Positions 9,696 through 18,777 of a stretch of DNA of 64,000 nucleotides are shown one piece after another; the stretch's first letter is position 1; every line of letters starts with the position of its first letter. Both the position numbers and the translations under genes were made by a program. The stretch spans positions 1 through 64,000 of the forward strand of contig JBDHKN010000003.1 in the NCBI GenBank assembly GCA_039586365.1, read 5' to 3'. The notes under the pieces are model-generated. The model searched no databases. It worked only from the letters and a program-made list of their open reading frames with translations, and was not told the origin of the DNA. This DNA is from Gemmatimonadota bacterium (GTDB lineage Bacteria > Gemmatimonadota > Gemmatimonadetes > Gemmatimonadales > GWC2-71-9).

Positions 9696-12241
9696 GCCCC
9701 GCCTCCTTGCGGCTTCGTCAACCGGACGCGAGCCCCCGGTACACGCTGATAGACGAGCTTCCCATCGATGAATACTGCTTCGGGTACCGAACGGGTCCGC
9801 AGCGGGTGGCCGCTCAGCACGACGAGATCGGCATCCTTTCCGGGTTCCAAGCTGCCAACCCGATCACCCATGCCGATGATCCTGGCTGCGTCGATGGTGA
9901 TGCTGCGCAGAGCCGCCTCTGCATCCATGCCGCTTCTCACCGCGAAGGCGGCTATCTCCAGCAAATCACCTCCGGGTGAAGCCGAGCCCGGAGTGAACCA
10001 GCCGGAGTTGATGCGAGGACGGAAGGCAATCCGGATGCCCGCCTCAGACAACCGAGCCGGTGCTGCGGGTTCGAAGCCCTCGTCTTCAATGTTACCGAGA
10101 CCTCGGAAGAGATCTTCCACGATGACTGGGATGTCTCGCTGCTTGATTTCCTCGCTGAGCTTGTATGCATCGGTGGCTCCGTCGAGGATGATCCGCAGGT
10201 TGAACTCGTCCGCGATCCTGAGTGCCGTGTGGATGTCGTCCCTGCGCTCGGCGTGGATGACAACAGGGGTCTCTCCTCTCAATACCGGAATCAGAGCTTC
10301 CATGTCGAGATCCCGTTTCTGTGTCCCGCCGGTGTCAGCCTCGATCTTCCTGATGTACTCCTGTGCCTTGATCAAGGTCTCCCGGGCGAGAGCGGCGATC
10401 CCCATACGGGTCATGGGCGACTGCTCCGAACGCTTGCTAGAACGGCCCAGACCCATGACCAGTGCAGCTCGGTCTTTGACAATCATTTCATCGACAACGA
10501 TGCCAGTTGTCTTCAACACCGCTCCCTGCCCGCCGATGACGTTGCGATCTCCCGGCGTGACGAGAGCCGTGGTAACTCCAAGCTCGCGAGCGTGAGCGAA
10601 CTGGGGGGCGTGGGGCTCCACGGCGTGTTTGACTTCGAGGGCGGGGACAACGGGCTTGGAGGTCTCGTCAATATGACTTTGCCGCCGCCAGTTGCTGCCG
10701 ATGCCCACGTACGATCGAGGCGAGACCAGACCGGGCATGACGACGAGGCCTGTGGCGTCGACCACCGTGTAGCCGTTCGGTACAGATACGTCGTCCCCCA
10801 CTCGGTTGATCTTGCCGTTCTCGATCAGAACTGTACCGCCCTCTATAGGAGCGCCGGTCATCGTGAAGACCAGGCCACCGCGCACGGCGATCCTGTTCGA
10901 TTGCTCGAGGTCGGGGGGAAGTGTCAGGCCCTGGTCGGAGCCGGTGGCAAAAGATCTCAAATCGGGTTTGTCGATCCGGGCGCGCTCGTACTCGACGTTA
11001 CCGTCAATGAGCACTGTCTCGACTTCGGTCAACATTTCGAAGGGCTCGCCGTCTAGCAGAACGAGATCTGCGTCCTTGCCCACTTCGATGCTGCCGATGC
11101 GGTCTGCGAGATCCATAGCTTCGGCCGGCGCCGAGGTGACAGCCCTGAGCGCATCCTCTGCTTCCATCCCGTAGCGGACGGTGAGCATTGCCAGATGGCG
11201 CAGGTTCTGTTGCGCACCGCCGAGGGCGTCAGTCTGCAGCGAGACCTTGTACCCGGCGTTGGCGAGAATGGCCGGGTTGTTCTTGAACGTCAGCGGGTCG
11301 TCGTAGTAGCTGAAGAACATGGGCGGACCGATGTTGAAATGCAGCTCGTCCTTGCGGTCCTGCAGCGCGTCGACCAGGAGGTGGGCGTAGTACGCGTGAC
11401 ACAGGCTGATCCGGAGATCGAACTGGTCAGCGAGACGGATTGCCGACATCACCTCCGACGCGGTGGCGACGTGGATGTGAACCGGGATCTCGCCTTTCAA
11501 TGCCATGACCAGGGCTTCTTTGCCGAGGTCCCGGGCAGGAGGCGTGGCGTCGTCGTCTTCCGCCTTTTCCCGCTCGTGTTTCTCCCAGCTTTCCATGTAC
11601 TCCTCTGCCTCGACGAAGGCTTTCTCCGCCAAGTGGTAAACGCCCATCAGAGTAACGGGCATCTTTCCTTTCGAGCCGTAGGCACCGATGGGGTTGCCTT
11701 CGATGGCCATCTTGAGATCGGCGATCTCTTTCAGGACCATCTGGTCGGGAGGGGCGTCTTTGAGTTTGACTGCCACGCTGGTGCCACCGATGATGTTGCC
11801 GCTTCCGGGGCGGGAGATAACGGTGGTCACCCCTGCGGCGCGGCCGGCCGCTATTGCTGGATCGTCGAAATTGAACGAATCGAAGGCTCGGACTTGGGGC
11901 GTGATGGGGTCGGTCATCTCGTTGCCGTCCGAGTTCTCGTCCACCCGGGGTACGCTGTAGACACCGACGTGGGTGTGCATGTCGATCAGGCCAGGGATCA
12001 CCACGGTGGCGTCGAGAATCCTCACATCTCCGGGGATAGCGAACCCCACTCCAACGCGTGAGATCTTACCGTCCTCGATGAGGATCGAACCGTTCTCGAT
12101 GATTCCGTTGGCGACGGTGTGGATTCGCTCGGCACGAATGACCAGCGATTGCGCTGCGAGCGCGGTTGAGAGGGACAAGAGTCCTAGCAACGAGCAGAGA
12201 ATGGAACGGTGAAAACGTCTGGCCATCGTGGGTAGGGTCAT
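9692..12241 (-). CDS. Secreted amidohydrolase with two tandem amidohydrolase domains
   Basis: Domain 1 PGLIDMHTH...GSIEVGKDAD. Domain 2 PGLVSPRSY...GSLEPGKDAD. GGGAGG precedes the ATG at 12241. Confidence 0.9.
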   Translation of the reverse strand: MTLPTMARRFHRSILCSLLGLLSLSTALAAQSLVIRAERIHTVANGIIENGSILIEDGKISRVGVGFAIPGDVRILDATVVIPGLIDMHTHVGVYSVPRVDENSDGNEMTDPITPQVRAFDSFNFDDPAIAAGRAAGVTTVISRPGSGNIIGGTSVAVKLKDAPPDQMVLKEIADLKMAIEGNPIGAYGSKGKMPVTLMGVYHLAEKAFVEAEEYMESWEKHEREKAEDDDATPPARDLGKEALVMALKGEIPVHIHVATASEVMSAIRLADQFDLRISLCHAYYAHLLVDALQDRKDELHFNIGPPMFFSYYDDPLTFKNNPAILANAGYKVSLQTDALGGAQQNLRHLAMLTVRYGMEAEDALRAVTSAPAEAMDLADRIGSIEVGKDADLVLLDGEPFEMLTEVETVLIDGNVEYERARIDKPDLRSFATGSDQGLTLPPDLEQSNRIAVRGGLVFTMTGAPIEGGTVLIENGKINRVGDDVSVPNGYTVVDATGLVVMPGLVSPRSYVGIGSNWRRQSHIDETSKPVVPALEVKHAVEPHAPQFAHARELGVTTALVTPGDRNVIGGQGAVLKTTGIVVDEMIVKDRAALVMGLGRSSKRSEQSPMTRMGIAALARETLIKAQEYIRKIEADTGGTQKRDLDMEALIPVLRGETPVVIHAERRDDIHTALRIADEFNLRIILDGATDAYKLSEEIKQRDIPVIVEDLFRGLGNIEDEGFEPAAPARLSEAGIRIAFRPRINSGWFTPGSASPGGDLLEIAAFAVRSGMDAEAALRSITIDAARIIGMGDRVGSLEPGKDADLVVLSGHPLRTRSVPEAVFIDGKLVYQRVPGARVRLTKPQGGGA

Positions 12242-12529
12242 CTGGGCCTCCCGGGCCGATTCGTTCAGTTGCCGGAAAAATTGGGTGCAATCTCCCACGG
12301 GGTCTTGCTGAAAGCAAAGTATCGCGCCTGGTATTGGAGGTGTCCAGCCACTCGGATGAGGTGACCGTCGATCCTCGCGTGGCCGTGTTTCCTATGGAAG
12401 GTTCCGCCTCCGCGACAAGGATTGGCGATTTGAGGATGCTGAGCTGCAGGTGCGGTTCTGCGACGACATCGATGTGACCGGGACGGGTCGCCCAGGGTAT
12501 AGCGAATGCAAGGGATTCGCGGGGCAGCT

Positions 12530-13024
12530 ATGAGGCATCTCATCCATTCACGATTCGCTGTCGCAGTCACCCTGCTCGCATCGAGCTGCGGCATAGTCGA
12601 TCCGGACAGGCGGCTGGACGAGCTGGAGTCCCACCGTGAGCAATGGCGCGCGACGGACATCCAGCACTACCGCATGGAATTCCGGGCGAGCTGCTTCTGT
12701 GGACAGGAGTTCACCGAATTGGTGACCGTCGAAGTACTCCAGGATAACATTCGATCTGTGACGGTCGCAAGAACCGGCCTGCCAGTTGAAAACATGCCGA
12801 TAGGTGCGTGGCTAACGGTAGAGGAGCTGTTCGCCGCCGTTGAGGAAGCGATCCTGGATGATGCGGATGAGCTGCAGGTGACGTACGACGTCGAGCTGGG
12901 GTACCCGGAGTTCGTCTTTATAGACTGGGAGGAGATGATGATTGACGAGGAGGTCGGGTACCAGGTGTTCGATCTCGAGGTAGTGCAGCAAATGGCGCGG
13001 TCCACGTCGGGCGCGACGACGTAG
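12530..13024 (+). CDS. DUF6174-like lipoprotein
   Basis: Lipobox LASSC, W....I.HY......CFC, TVEELF, YD.ELGYP....D....IDEE. Confidence 0.75.
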   Translation: MRHLIHSRFAVAVTLLASSCGIVDPDRRLDELESHREQWRATDIQHYRMEFRASCFCGQEFTELVTVEVLQDNIRSVTVARTGLPVENMPIGAWLTVEELFAAVEEAILDDADELQVTYDVELGYPEFVFIDWEEMMIDEEVGYQVFDLEVVQQMARSTSGATT

Positions 13025-13087
13025 CTCGACGCACAAATCGGCGAGGAGCGATCAGTCAGACCACTGTGATGCTGGGGGCCTTGTTCC

Positions 13088-14287
13088 CTATTCGGCTAGC
13101 AAGGCTGCACTTTGCAGCGCCTGCAAGATCGCCTCGCGGGGCCGCGCCTCAGCGCCACCCTGAGCCTGCTGCGCCGTGCCGCCGCCCCGACCGCCAAGCG
13201 TCTCCGCCGCGCGCCGCAGGATTGCGCTGGCATCCAGATCCGGCAAATCGTCGCTGCGGTTGCACACTAATCGAGTGCCTTTGGCTTCGCTCACCGCCAG
13301 CAGCGCCAGCGTGCGCGGGTGGCTACTCAGTTGTGAAGCGATCGAACGTGCCTGCTCGAAGGAGCGATCCGGCAGATAGGCGGTGACCCGCCGCACGCCG
13401 CCCGCTTCCGGTGTCTCACCCCACAGGCGCTCGGCCTCAAAGGCCACGAGGTCTCCCTGGGCGGCTTTCAACGCCCTGCGGGTTTCCTTGATCTCGTCTT
13501 GCAGGCGTCTGACCGCCTCACCCAGTTCGCTTGGGTGAACGGACAGGTCGGCGCTCGCTTCCTGCAGACCGCGCAACACCCGCTGGTAATCCCGCAGCGC
13601 CCTGCCACCACATACAAAGCTCACCCGCACCCCACCCTTGTAGCGTTCGATTCGAGAGATCTTCACTAGACCGACGGTGCCAGTGCGGTCAACATGTGTC
13701 CCACCGCAGGCCGACGCGTCATAGCCCGGTACCCAAATGACCCGTATCGTACCGCTCACCTGCGGCGGTTTGCGCAACGGTACTCGGTGGATCTCATCCC
13801 GGTCAACGAAGTGGATCTCGATCGGATGGTTCTCCCAGATCACGCGGTTGACTTCTGCCTCAACCTGAAATGCCGTCGGCCATGTGAGATCTGGCGTGTC
13901 TAGATCGATGCTGCTCTCATCTTTCCCCAAGTGGAAACCGATCGTCGGGGCCTCCAGTAGTTGTACGAAGGCAGCTGACAGCAAGTGCTGCCCACTGTGT
14001 TGCTGCATGTGATCGAAGCGGCGTTCCCAGTCGATCTCGCCGCCTACTTCGTCGCCTTCCGGCATTTGCTCGAGCAGGTGCCACACCGCGTCTTCATCGT
14101 CCTCCCACACGTCGAGTACGGTAATGCCGTTGAGCTTGCCCGTGTCGTACGGCTGTCCGCCGGAACTGGGGTAGAACGCCGTGCGGTCCAACCGTACCGC
14201 CGGTCCGCGGTCGGTCTCCTTGCGGTCGAGGACCCGCGCCGTGAACTGGCATGAGGTTGCGTCGTGGTAGTACAGGCGTTCCGTCAT
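13088..14287 (-). CDS. Alanyl-tRNA editing protein (AlaX-like, with C-terminal DHHA1)
   Basis: MTERLYYHD, TAFYPSSGGQP.D.G, RFDHMQQHSGQHLL, CGGTHV, GGRGGG...AQGG. Confidence 0.92.
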   Translation of the reverse strand: MTERLYYHDATSCQFTARVLDRKETDRGPAVRLDRTAFYPSSGGQPYDTGKLNGITVLDVWEDDEDAVWHLLEQMPEGDEVGGEIDWERRFDHMQQHSGQHLLSAAFVQLLEAPTIGFHLGKDESSIDLDTPDLTWPTAFQVEAEVNRVIWENHPIEIHFVDRDEIHRVPLRKPPQVSGTIRVIWVPGYDASACGGTHVDRTGTVGLVKISRIERYKGGVRVSFVCGGRALRDYQRVLRGLQEASADLSVHPSELGEAVRRLQDEIKETRRALKAAQGDLVAFEAERLWGETPEAGGVRRVTAYLPDRSFEQARSIASQLSSHPRTLALLAVSEAKGTRLVCNRSDDLPDLDASAILRRAAETLGGRGGGTAQQAQGGAEARPREAILQALQSAALLAE

Positions 14288-14419
14288 AAGGCTATGATAA
14301 TCTGTCCTATCGCTCGTGGTTACTGTTTTGCTGTGCAAGACTGACATTGCGGGCGGAGCACGTGGTACCGCATGGCAGGGTGCTGCCGGTCTCGCAACCC
14401 ACGGCGGTAGATTTGAACC

Positions 14420-14842
14420 ATGAAATGCTGCCAACGAGAAATCACACTGCCGGCCTTCCCACGAGGCTTTCACTTGGTCACCGGCATAATCGAGCGAGGA
14501 CTCCCCGAGATTGCCGACATCAATGTGGGGTTGCTGCAGGTGTTCATCAAACACACCTCAGCGAGCCTGACGCTGAATGAAAACGCTGATCCCACCGTTC
14601 GCGCGGATTTTGAATCCCATTTCAACGAAATGGTACCGGAGAATGCGCCCTATTACCGACACCGCTTTGAGGGGCCCGACGACATGCCGGCTCATATCAA
14701 GTCATCGTTGTTAGGTAGCTCGGTCATCGTCCCAATCACCGCCGGCCGCCTGAATCTGGGGACCTGGCAGGGCCTCTACCTGTGTGAGCACCGCGATCGG
14801 GGAGGCCAACGCAGAATAGTAGTTACCGCGCTCGGAGAGTGA
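14420..14842 (+). CDS. yjbQ: YjbQ/UPF0047 family protein
   Basis: HTSASLTLNENADP.V, HRFEGPDDMPAHIK, LGTWQGLYLCEHR. Confidence 0.92.
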   Translation: MKCCQREITLPAFPRGFHLVTGIIERGLPEIADINVGLLQVFIKHTSASLTLNENADPTVRADFESHFNEMVPENAPYYRHRFEGPDDMPAHIKSSLLGSSVIVPITAGRLNLGTWQGLYLCEHRDRGGQRRIVVTALGE

Positions 14843-14905
14843 GCTGTCACACTTGAGCCAAGCATCAGCTTCCTCGCAATAGGCGTTGGGTCTCACGCCG
14901 AGCAC

Positions 14906-16042
14906 TCACGCAAGGTTGAGATGATCCTGGACTGCAGCTACGAAGCGATCTACCTCTGCGGTGGTGTTGTAGAAGTGCGGTGAGACCCGGAGGCGTCCAC
15001 GTCTGCGGGAGATCACGAAATCGCGTTCGCTCAGGTACTCCAGCAGTGCCGCACCATCCGCCTGCGGATGCGTGAATGTCAGGATGTGGTGCCGCGTGTC
15101 GCTCGGCGGGGAGACCTCCGCACCGATGGCTGTGAGCCCTCGGGCGAGGTGCTCGATGAGTTGACGGATGTGCTGGCCGATGCTGGGAACTCCGACTTCT
15201 TCCAGGAGCCCCAGCGCAGCGTGGAAACCGGCTATGAGAGCATAGGGTTGACTTCCCTCTTCGAACTTCCGCGCATCGGGTTGCAGCTCGAAGTGAGCGC
15301 GATCGAAATTCCACGCGTCGGTCGTGCTCTTCCATCCCACCAGCACGGGCCTAACCTGGTCCACGACATCCTGGCTGATATAGAGAGCACCGATGCCGGG
15401 CATCCCCAGTAACCATTTGTGGCTGTCGGCAGCCAGGAAGTGGGCGCCTACCTGTTTGACGTCGATGTCCAACGCACCCACTGTCTGGATACCGTCCACA
15501 CAGCAGAGGATGTCTCGATCGCGACAGAGTGTTCCGACGGCATCGAGATCCGTTACCGCTCCGGTAGCGTATTGAGCTGAGCTGACGGCGACGAGGCGGG
15601 TGCCAGGTTGCAGCACGTCCTCTATTGCCTCTGGAGTTACCGTACCAGCTGTGGCGGCAATTGTGTCGACTGCCACACCGCGGCTTCGCAGGTGCTGCCA
15701 CACGTATACGTTCGACGGATATTCGAGTTCAGTGGCCACTGCGACCCGATCGCCCGGCTTCCAGCCGAGTCCTTCGGCCACCAACGCCAGTCCGTTGGAC
15801 GTGTTGCGGACGAAGGCGATTTCGTCGGGTGCGGCACCGATCAGGTGGGCGTAGCGCTCCCGGCAAGCTTCGGCGGTCTGTTCCCAGCCTTCCTCGTCCA
15901 GGATGCCCCGCGCGACGTACCGGTCGAACCAGTCCCCGACGGCAGCGCGCACGCGGACGGAGGTAGGTGCAATACCGGCGTGGTTCAGATATGTCAGAGT
16001 CGCCGTTACCGGGAACTCACTGCGATAGCTGGATACGTTCAT
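14906..16042 (-). CDS. Aminotransferase class V PLP-dependent enzyme (cysteine desulfurase-like)
   Basis: YLNHAG, VDGIQTVG, DSHKWLLG (PLP lysine), RVSPHFYNT. Confidence 0.92.
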   Translation of the reverse strand: MNVSSYRSEFPVTATLTYLNHAGIAPTSVRVRAAVGDWFDRYVARGILDEEGWEQTAEACRERYAHLIGAAPDEIAFVRNTSNGLALVAEGLGWKPGDRVAVATELEYPSNVYVWQHLRSRGVAVDTIAATAGTVTPEAIEDVLQPGTRLVAVSSAQYATGAVTDLDAVGTLCRDRDILCCVDGIQTVGALDIDVKQVGAHFLAADSHKWLLGMPGIGALYISQDVVDQVRPVLVGWKSTTDAWNFDRAHFELQPDARKFEEGSQPYALIAGFHAALGLLEEVGVPSIGQHIRQLIEHLARGLTAIGAEVSPPSDTRHHILTFTHPQADGAALLEYLSERDFVISRRRGRLRVSPHFYNTTAEVDRFVAAVQDHLNLA

Positions 16043-16179
16043 GGTGTGGGTAGACTACGGTTTTACCTACGGCTCTGTCAACGACTCGTTGCGCAGTAGC
16101 GCGGGCCAACATCGGCAGAGGATGCGTGTTATCTTACATGGCATACAATCAATTCATGCCCCGACTTAGGAGGAGAGCG

Positions 16180-16518
16180 ATGTCGCATCCACGATTCATG
16201 CTGTTCCGTGGAAAGCGCGGTGGCCAGTACTACTTCAACCTGACTGCCAAAAACGGACAAGTCATCCTTCAGAGCGAGGGATACAAGTCAAAGGCGAGTG
16301 CCAAGAACGGGATCAAGTCAGTGAAGGTAAGCTCGAAGCGCAAGACACTGTTCGAAGCGAAAAGGGCGAGTAACGGCAGGCACTACTTCGTACTGACATC
16401 TCCGAACGGTCAGACTGTCGGCAAGAGCCAGATGTACAATTCACTCTCTGGTCGTAGCAACGGAATGCGGTCGGTGGCAGGGAATGCTGGTCGTGCGACC
16501 ATCATAGACGAAACCTAG
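16180..16518 (+). CDS. YegP family protein (tandem DUF1508)
   Basis: YYFNLTAKNGQVILQSEGY.SKASAKNGI.SV, repeated as HYFVLTSPNGQTVGKSQMY. AGGAGG RBS. Confidence 0.9.
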   Translation: MSHPRFMLFRGKRGGQYYFNLTAKNGQVILQSEGYKSKASAKNGIKSVKVSSKRKTLFEAKRASNGRHYFVLTSPNGQTVGKSQMYNSLSGRSNGMRSVAGNAGRATIIDET

Positions 16519-16541
16519 CGCAGGCGCACAACGCAACGTAC

Positions 16542-16571
16542 AACGCCCGGCCCCGCGCCGGGCGTTTTGTT
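16542..16571 (+). terminator. Rho-independent terminator
   Basis: AACGCCCGGC-cccgc-GCCGGGCGTT followed by TTGTT, just after the YegP-like gene. Confidence 0.8.
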
Positions 16572-16631
16572 ACGGCTACCGCAGTACTCACCTGCAGGGC
16601 CTGGTGGGGGCCTCACTCCAGTTGTGAAGCT

Positions 16632-17042
16632 TCACGCGCGATTCGGATCGCTCGCTCTGAGAATGCTACCGATCCCGCGGCTGCTTCCGGCGTGCCACAC
16701 CTTGCCGCCGTGAAACACTCCACCGCGGCCGACCTGACACAAGATCCGCTCTGCGACGCAAGCTGCATCCCAGCCGTGTTCCAGCTCGACTGCATCCGGT
16801 TCCGTGTGGAACCACGGCTCGCCGAAGCACAATGTCTTGCCCAGGAAGCGGCGTGGGGTCGGAGTTGGCATCACGACACCCACACATTGACTGTCTCCTG
16901 TCAGAATGCGCCATCCCGTTTCATGCGACTTCTTGCCGTTCGAGCCCCCAGCACCTTCATTGTCCACTGCTATCACCGTCTCAACGACCTGGTAGCCTGC
17001 GTCCTCAAAACCTCGCAACACTTTCTGTGTATCACCAAGCAT
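16632..17042 (-). CDS. Hypothetical protein (136 aa)
   Basis: ATG with GAGG upstream, filling an otherwise empty gap. No recognisable motif. Confidence 0.35.
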   Translation of the reverse strand: MLGDTQKVLRGFEDAGYQVVETVIAVDNEGAGGSNGKKSHETGWRILTGDSQCVGVVMPTPTPRRFLGKTLCFGEPWFHTEPDAVELEHGWDAACVAERILCQVGRGGVFHGGKVWHAGSSRGIGSILRASDPNRA

Positions 17043-17276
17043 CGTATTCGCCTCAGATCTGTGGGTCCGTACAGACCACTACGTCCAGTAGCCGGAACTA
17101 GATTCACTCGGCCGTACGCCGACGTTCGATCTTCACAGCCCAGCTGCAGTGGAATACTTGGCCCGTCTCGGCCCGGCGGACCACGAAGACCGGTTCATCC
17201 TGTTGCCGAGAGGTGAAGTGAGCGAGCACCGGGCAGGGTCAGGGGTGGTATTGCGGCAGGGCTGGCTCGGACTGTC

Positions 17277-18734
17277 CTACAACACGCCCGACCACCGCAG
17301 GCCAGCCGTGAGCAGTGCTAGTACTGGGATCAACAATACGGTCCGCATGACGAACAACAGGACCAACTGCCAGGCCCGCACCGGAATGAAGCGGAACATG
17401 TCGAGGATCATCGGGCCAACTGCCGAGAAGAAGATGAGCTGTGATATCGACAATACCGCGACGAAGAATCGGGCTGCAGGAGCAGCGTCACGGACCAAGA
17501 GGGCAGGGATGTACATCTCAGTGATCCCCACCAGAGTTGCGGGGGCGACCAGGTTCGGGTCGGGAATGCCAAGCACTGCCAGGAGTGGGACGAGGGGTCT
17601 CCCCAACAAGTCGAACAGTGCGGTCTCTCGCGCCACCAGCAGTGCAGCTGTGCCGACCACCAGAATCGTGCCGAGTATGGTCGAGGCCAGGATCGCACCG
17701 TCGCGCAGCCCGTGGGCGAGCACGCGGTACGGCGCCGGTGCTGTGCCAGCCTGATCCAACGCTCGCTGCACACCTTCTCTGACCAGCGCCACGGAGCTGC
17801 CAAGACGCTCTGGCTCCGGTCGGCCGTGTTCGACGTAGAGAGGTGGAATGCCGATGATGGGTCGCAGTCGTACCAGCACTGCAGTCAGGCCGTAGATCGC
17901 GATGAAGTACGACCCAAAAATGAGAGGGAACAGGTGCAGCAGATCGAGTGTCTGGGCGACGACGGCTACGAATCCGATGCTCACCGTCGAGAAGCAGGTC
18001 ACGATGGTGAACGCCTCTCGCTTGGTGTAGTAGCCGTCCAAGGTTAGTCGCCGGGTGAGGTAGAGGCCGACCGAGTAGCTGCCGACCCAAGAGGTGATGC
18101 TGTCCAGCGCCGAGCGTCCGGGTAACCGAAACAGTGGCCACATCAACGGCCGCATGATTGTGCCCACGAACTCCAGTGACCCGTACCGCACGAACAGGTT
18201 CAGCATCGCGGCCCCGATCGGGATTATGACAGCAACCGAGAAGCCGAGCGTGTTCCACATCAGGCTCACGACGGAGTCCTGCGTGAGGATGTCCGGCCCT
18301 TTGCCGCTGAGGAAGACGATGGCGAGCGGCACACTGATGATTCGAATCCCAGCGAGGAAGCCACCGGTCTTGAACGGTTGGGACCAGCGCGGTAGTGGCT
18401 CGTGTTGTACGAGCAGCGTGCGAGTCGTCCCGGCGGCACCCACGATCACTAATGTCAGGCAGTAGACTGCCACTAGCAGAGGGGCCGCCGCAATGATGCG
18501 CTGCACTACGATGTCGAACGTGACGGTCCAGCGGCCGGCAGCCCGCATGGGAACGAGAAAGAAGGCGGAGCCGAGAGCACCAGAAAGGACAAAGCGGAGG
18601 ATCGATCGACGTGTACCTGACGGAAAGCTGCTCACACGATCGGGCGGCGCTTGTGTTGACAGGGTCTTTGGGCTCACGGGCTCTGGCATTCGCAACAGGG
18701 GTCGTCGGCTCAATGGGCAGACAAATGGTCCCAC
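17277..18734 (-). CDS. YjiH-like / nucleoside-recognition (Gate) domain membrane transporter
   Basis: YGSLEFVGTIMRPLM.PLFRLPGRSALD..SWVGS..VG, GYYTKREA..I.T.FSTVS, EMYIPAL. Start uncertain. Confidence 0.85.
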   Translation of the reverse strand: MGPFVCPLSRRPLLRMPEPVSPKTLSTQAPPDRVSSFPSGTRRSILRFVLSGALGSAFFLVPMRAAGRWTVTFDIVVQRIIAAAPLLVAVYCLTLVIVGAAGTTRTLLVQHEPLPRWSQPFKTGGFLAGIRIISVPLAIVFLSGKGPDILTQDSVVSLMWNTLGFSVAVIIPIGAAMLNLFVRYGSLEFVGTIMRPLMWPLFRLPGRSALDSITSWVGSYSVGLYLTRRLTLDGYYTKREAFTIVTCFSTVSIGFVAVVAQTLDLLHLFPLIFGSYFIAIYGLTAVLVRLRPIIGIPPLYVEHGRPEPERLGSSVALVREGVQRALDQAGTAPAPYRVLAHGLRDGAILASTILGTILVVGTAALLVARETALFDLLGRPLVPLLAVLGIPDPNLVAPATLVGITEMYIPALLVRDAAPAARFFVAVLSISQLIFFSAVGPMILDMFRFIPVRAWQLVLLFVMRTVLLIPVLALLTAGLRWSGVL

Positions 18735-18777
18735 GTAGGCGACCTAACGAAATGCCTTCGCTCGAAATACGCTAGGG

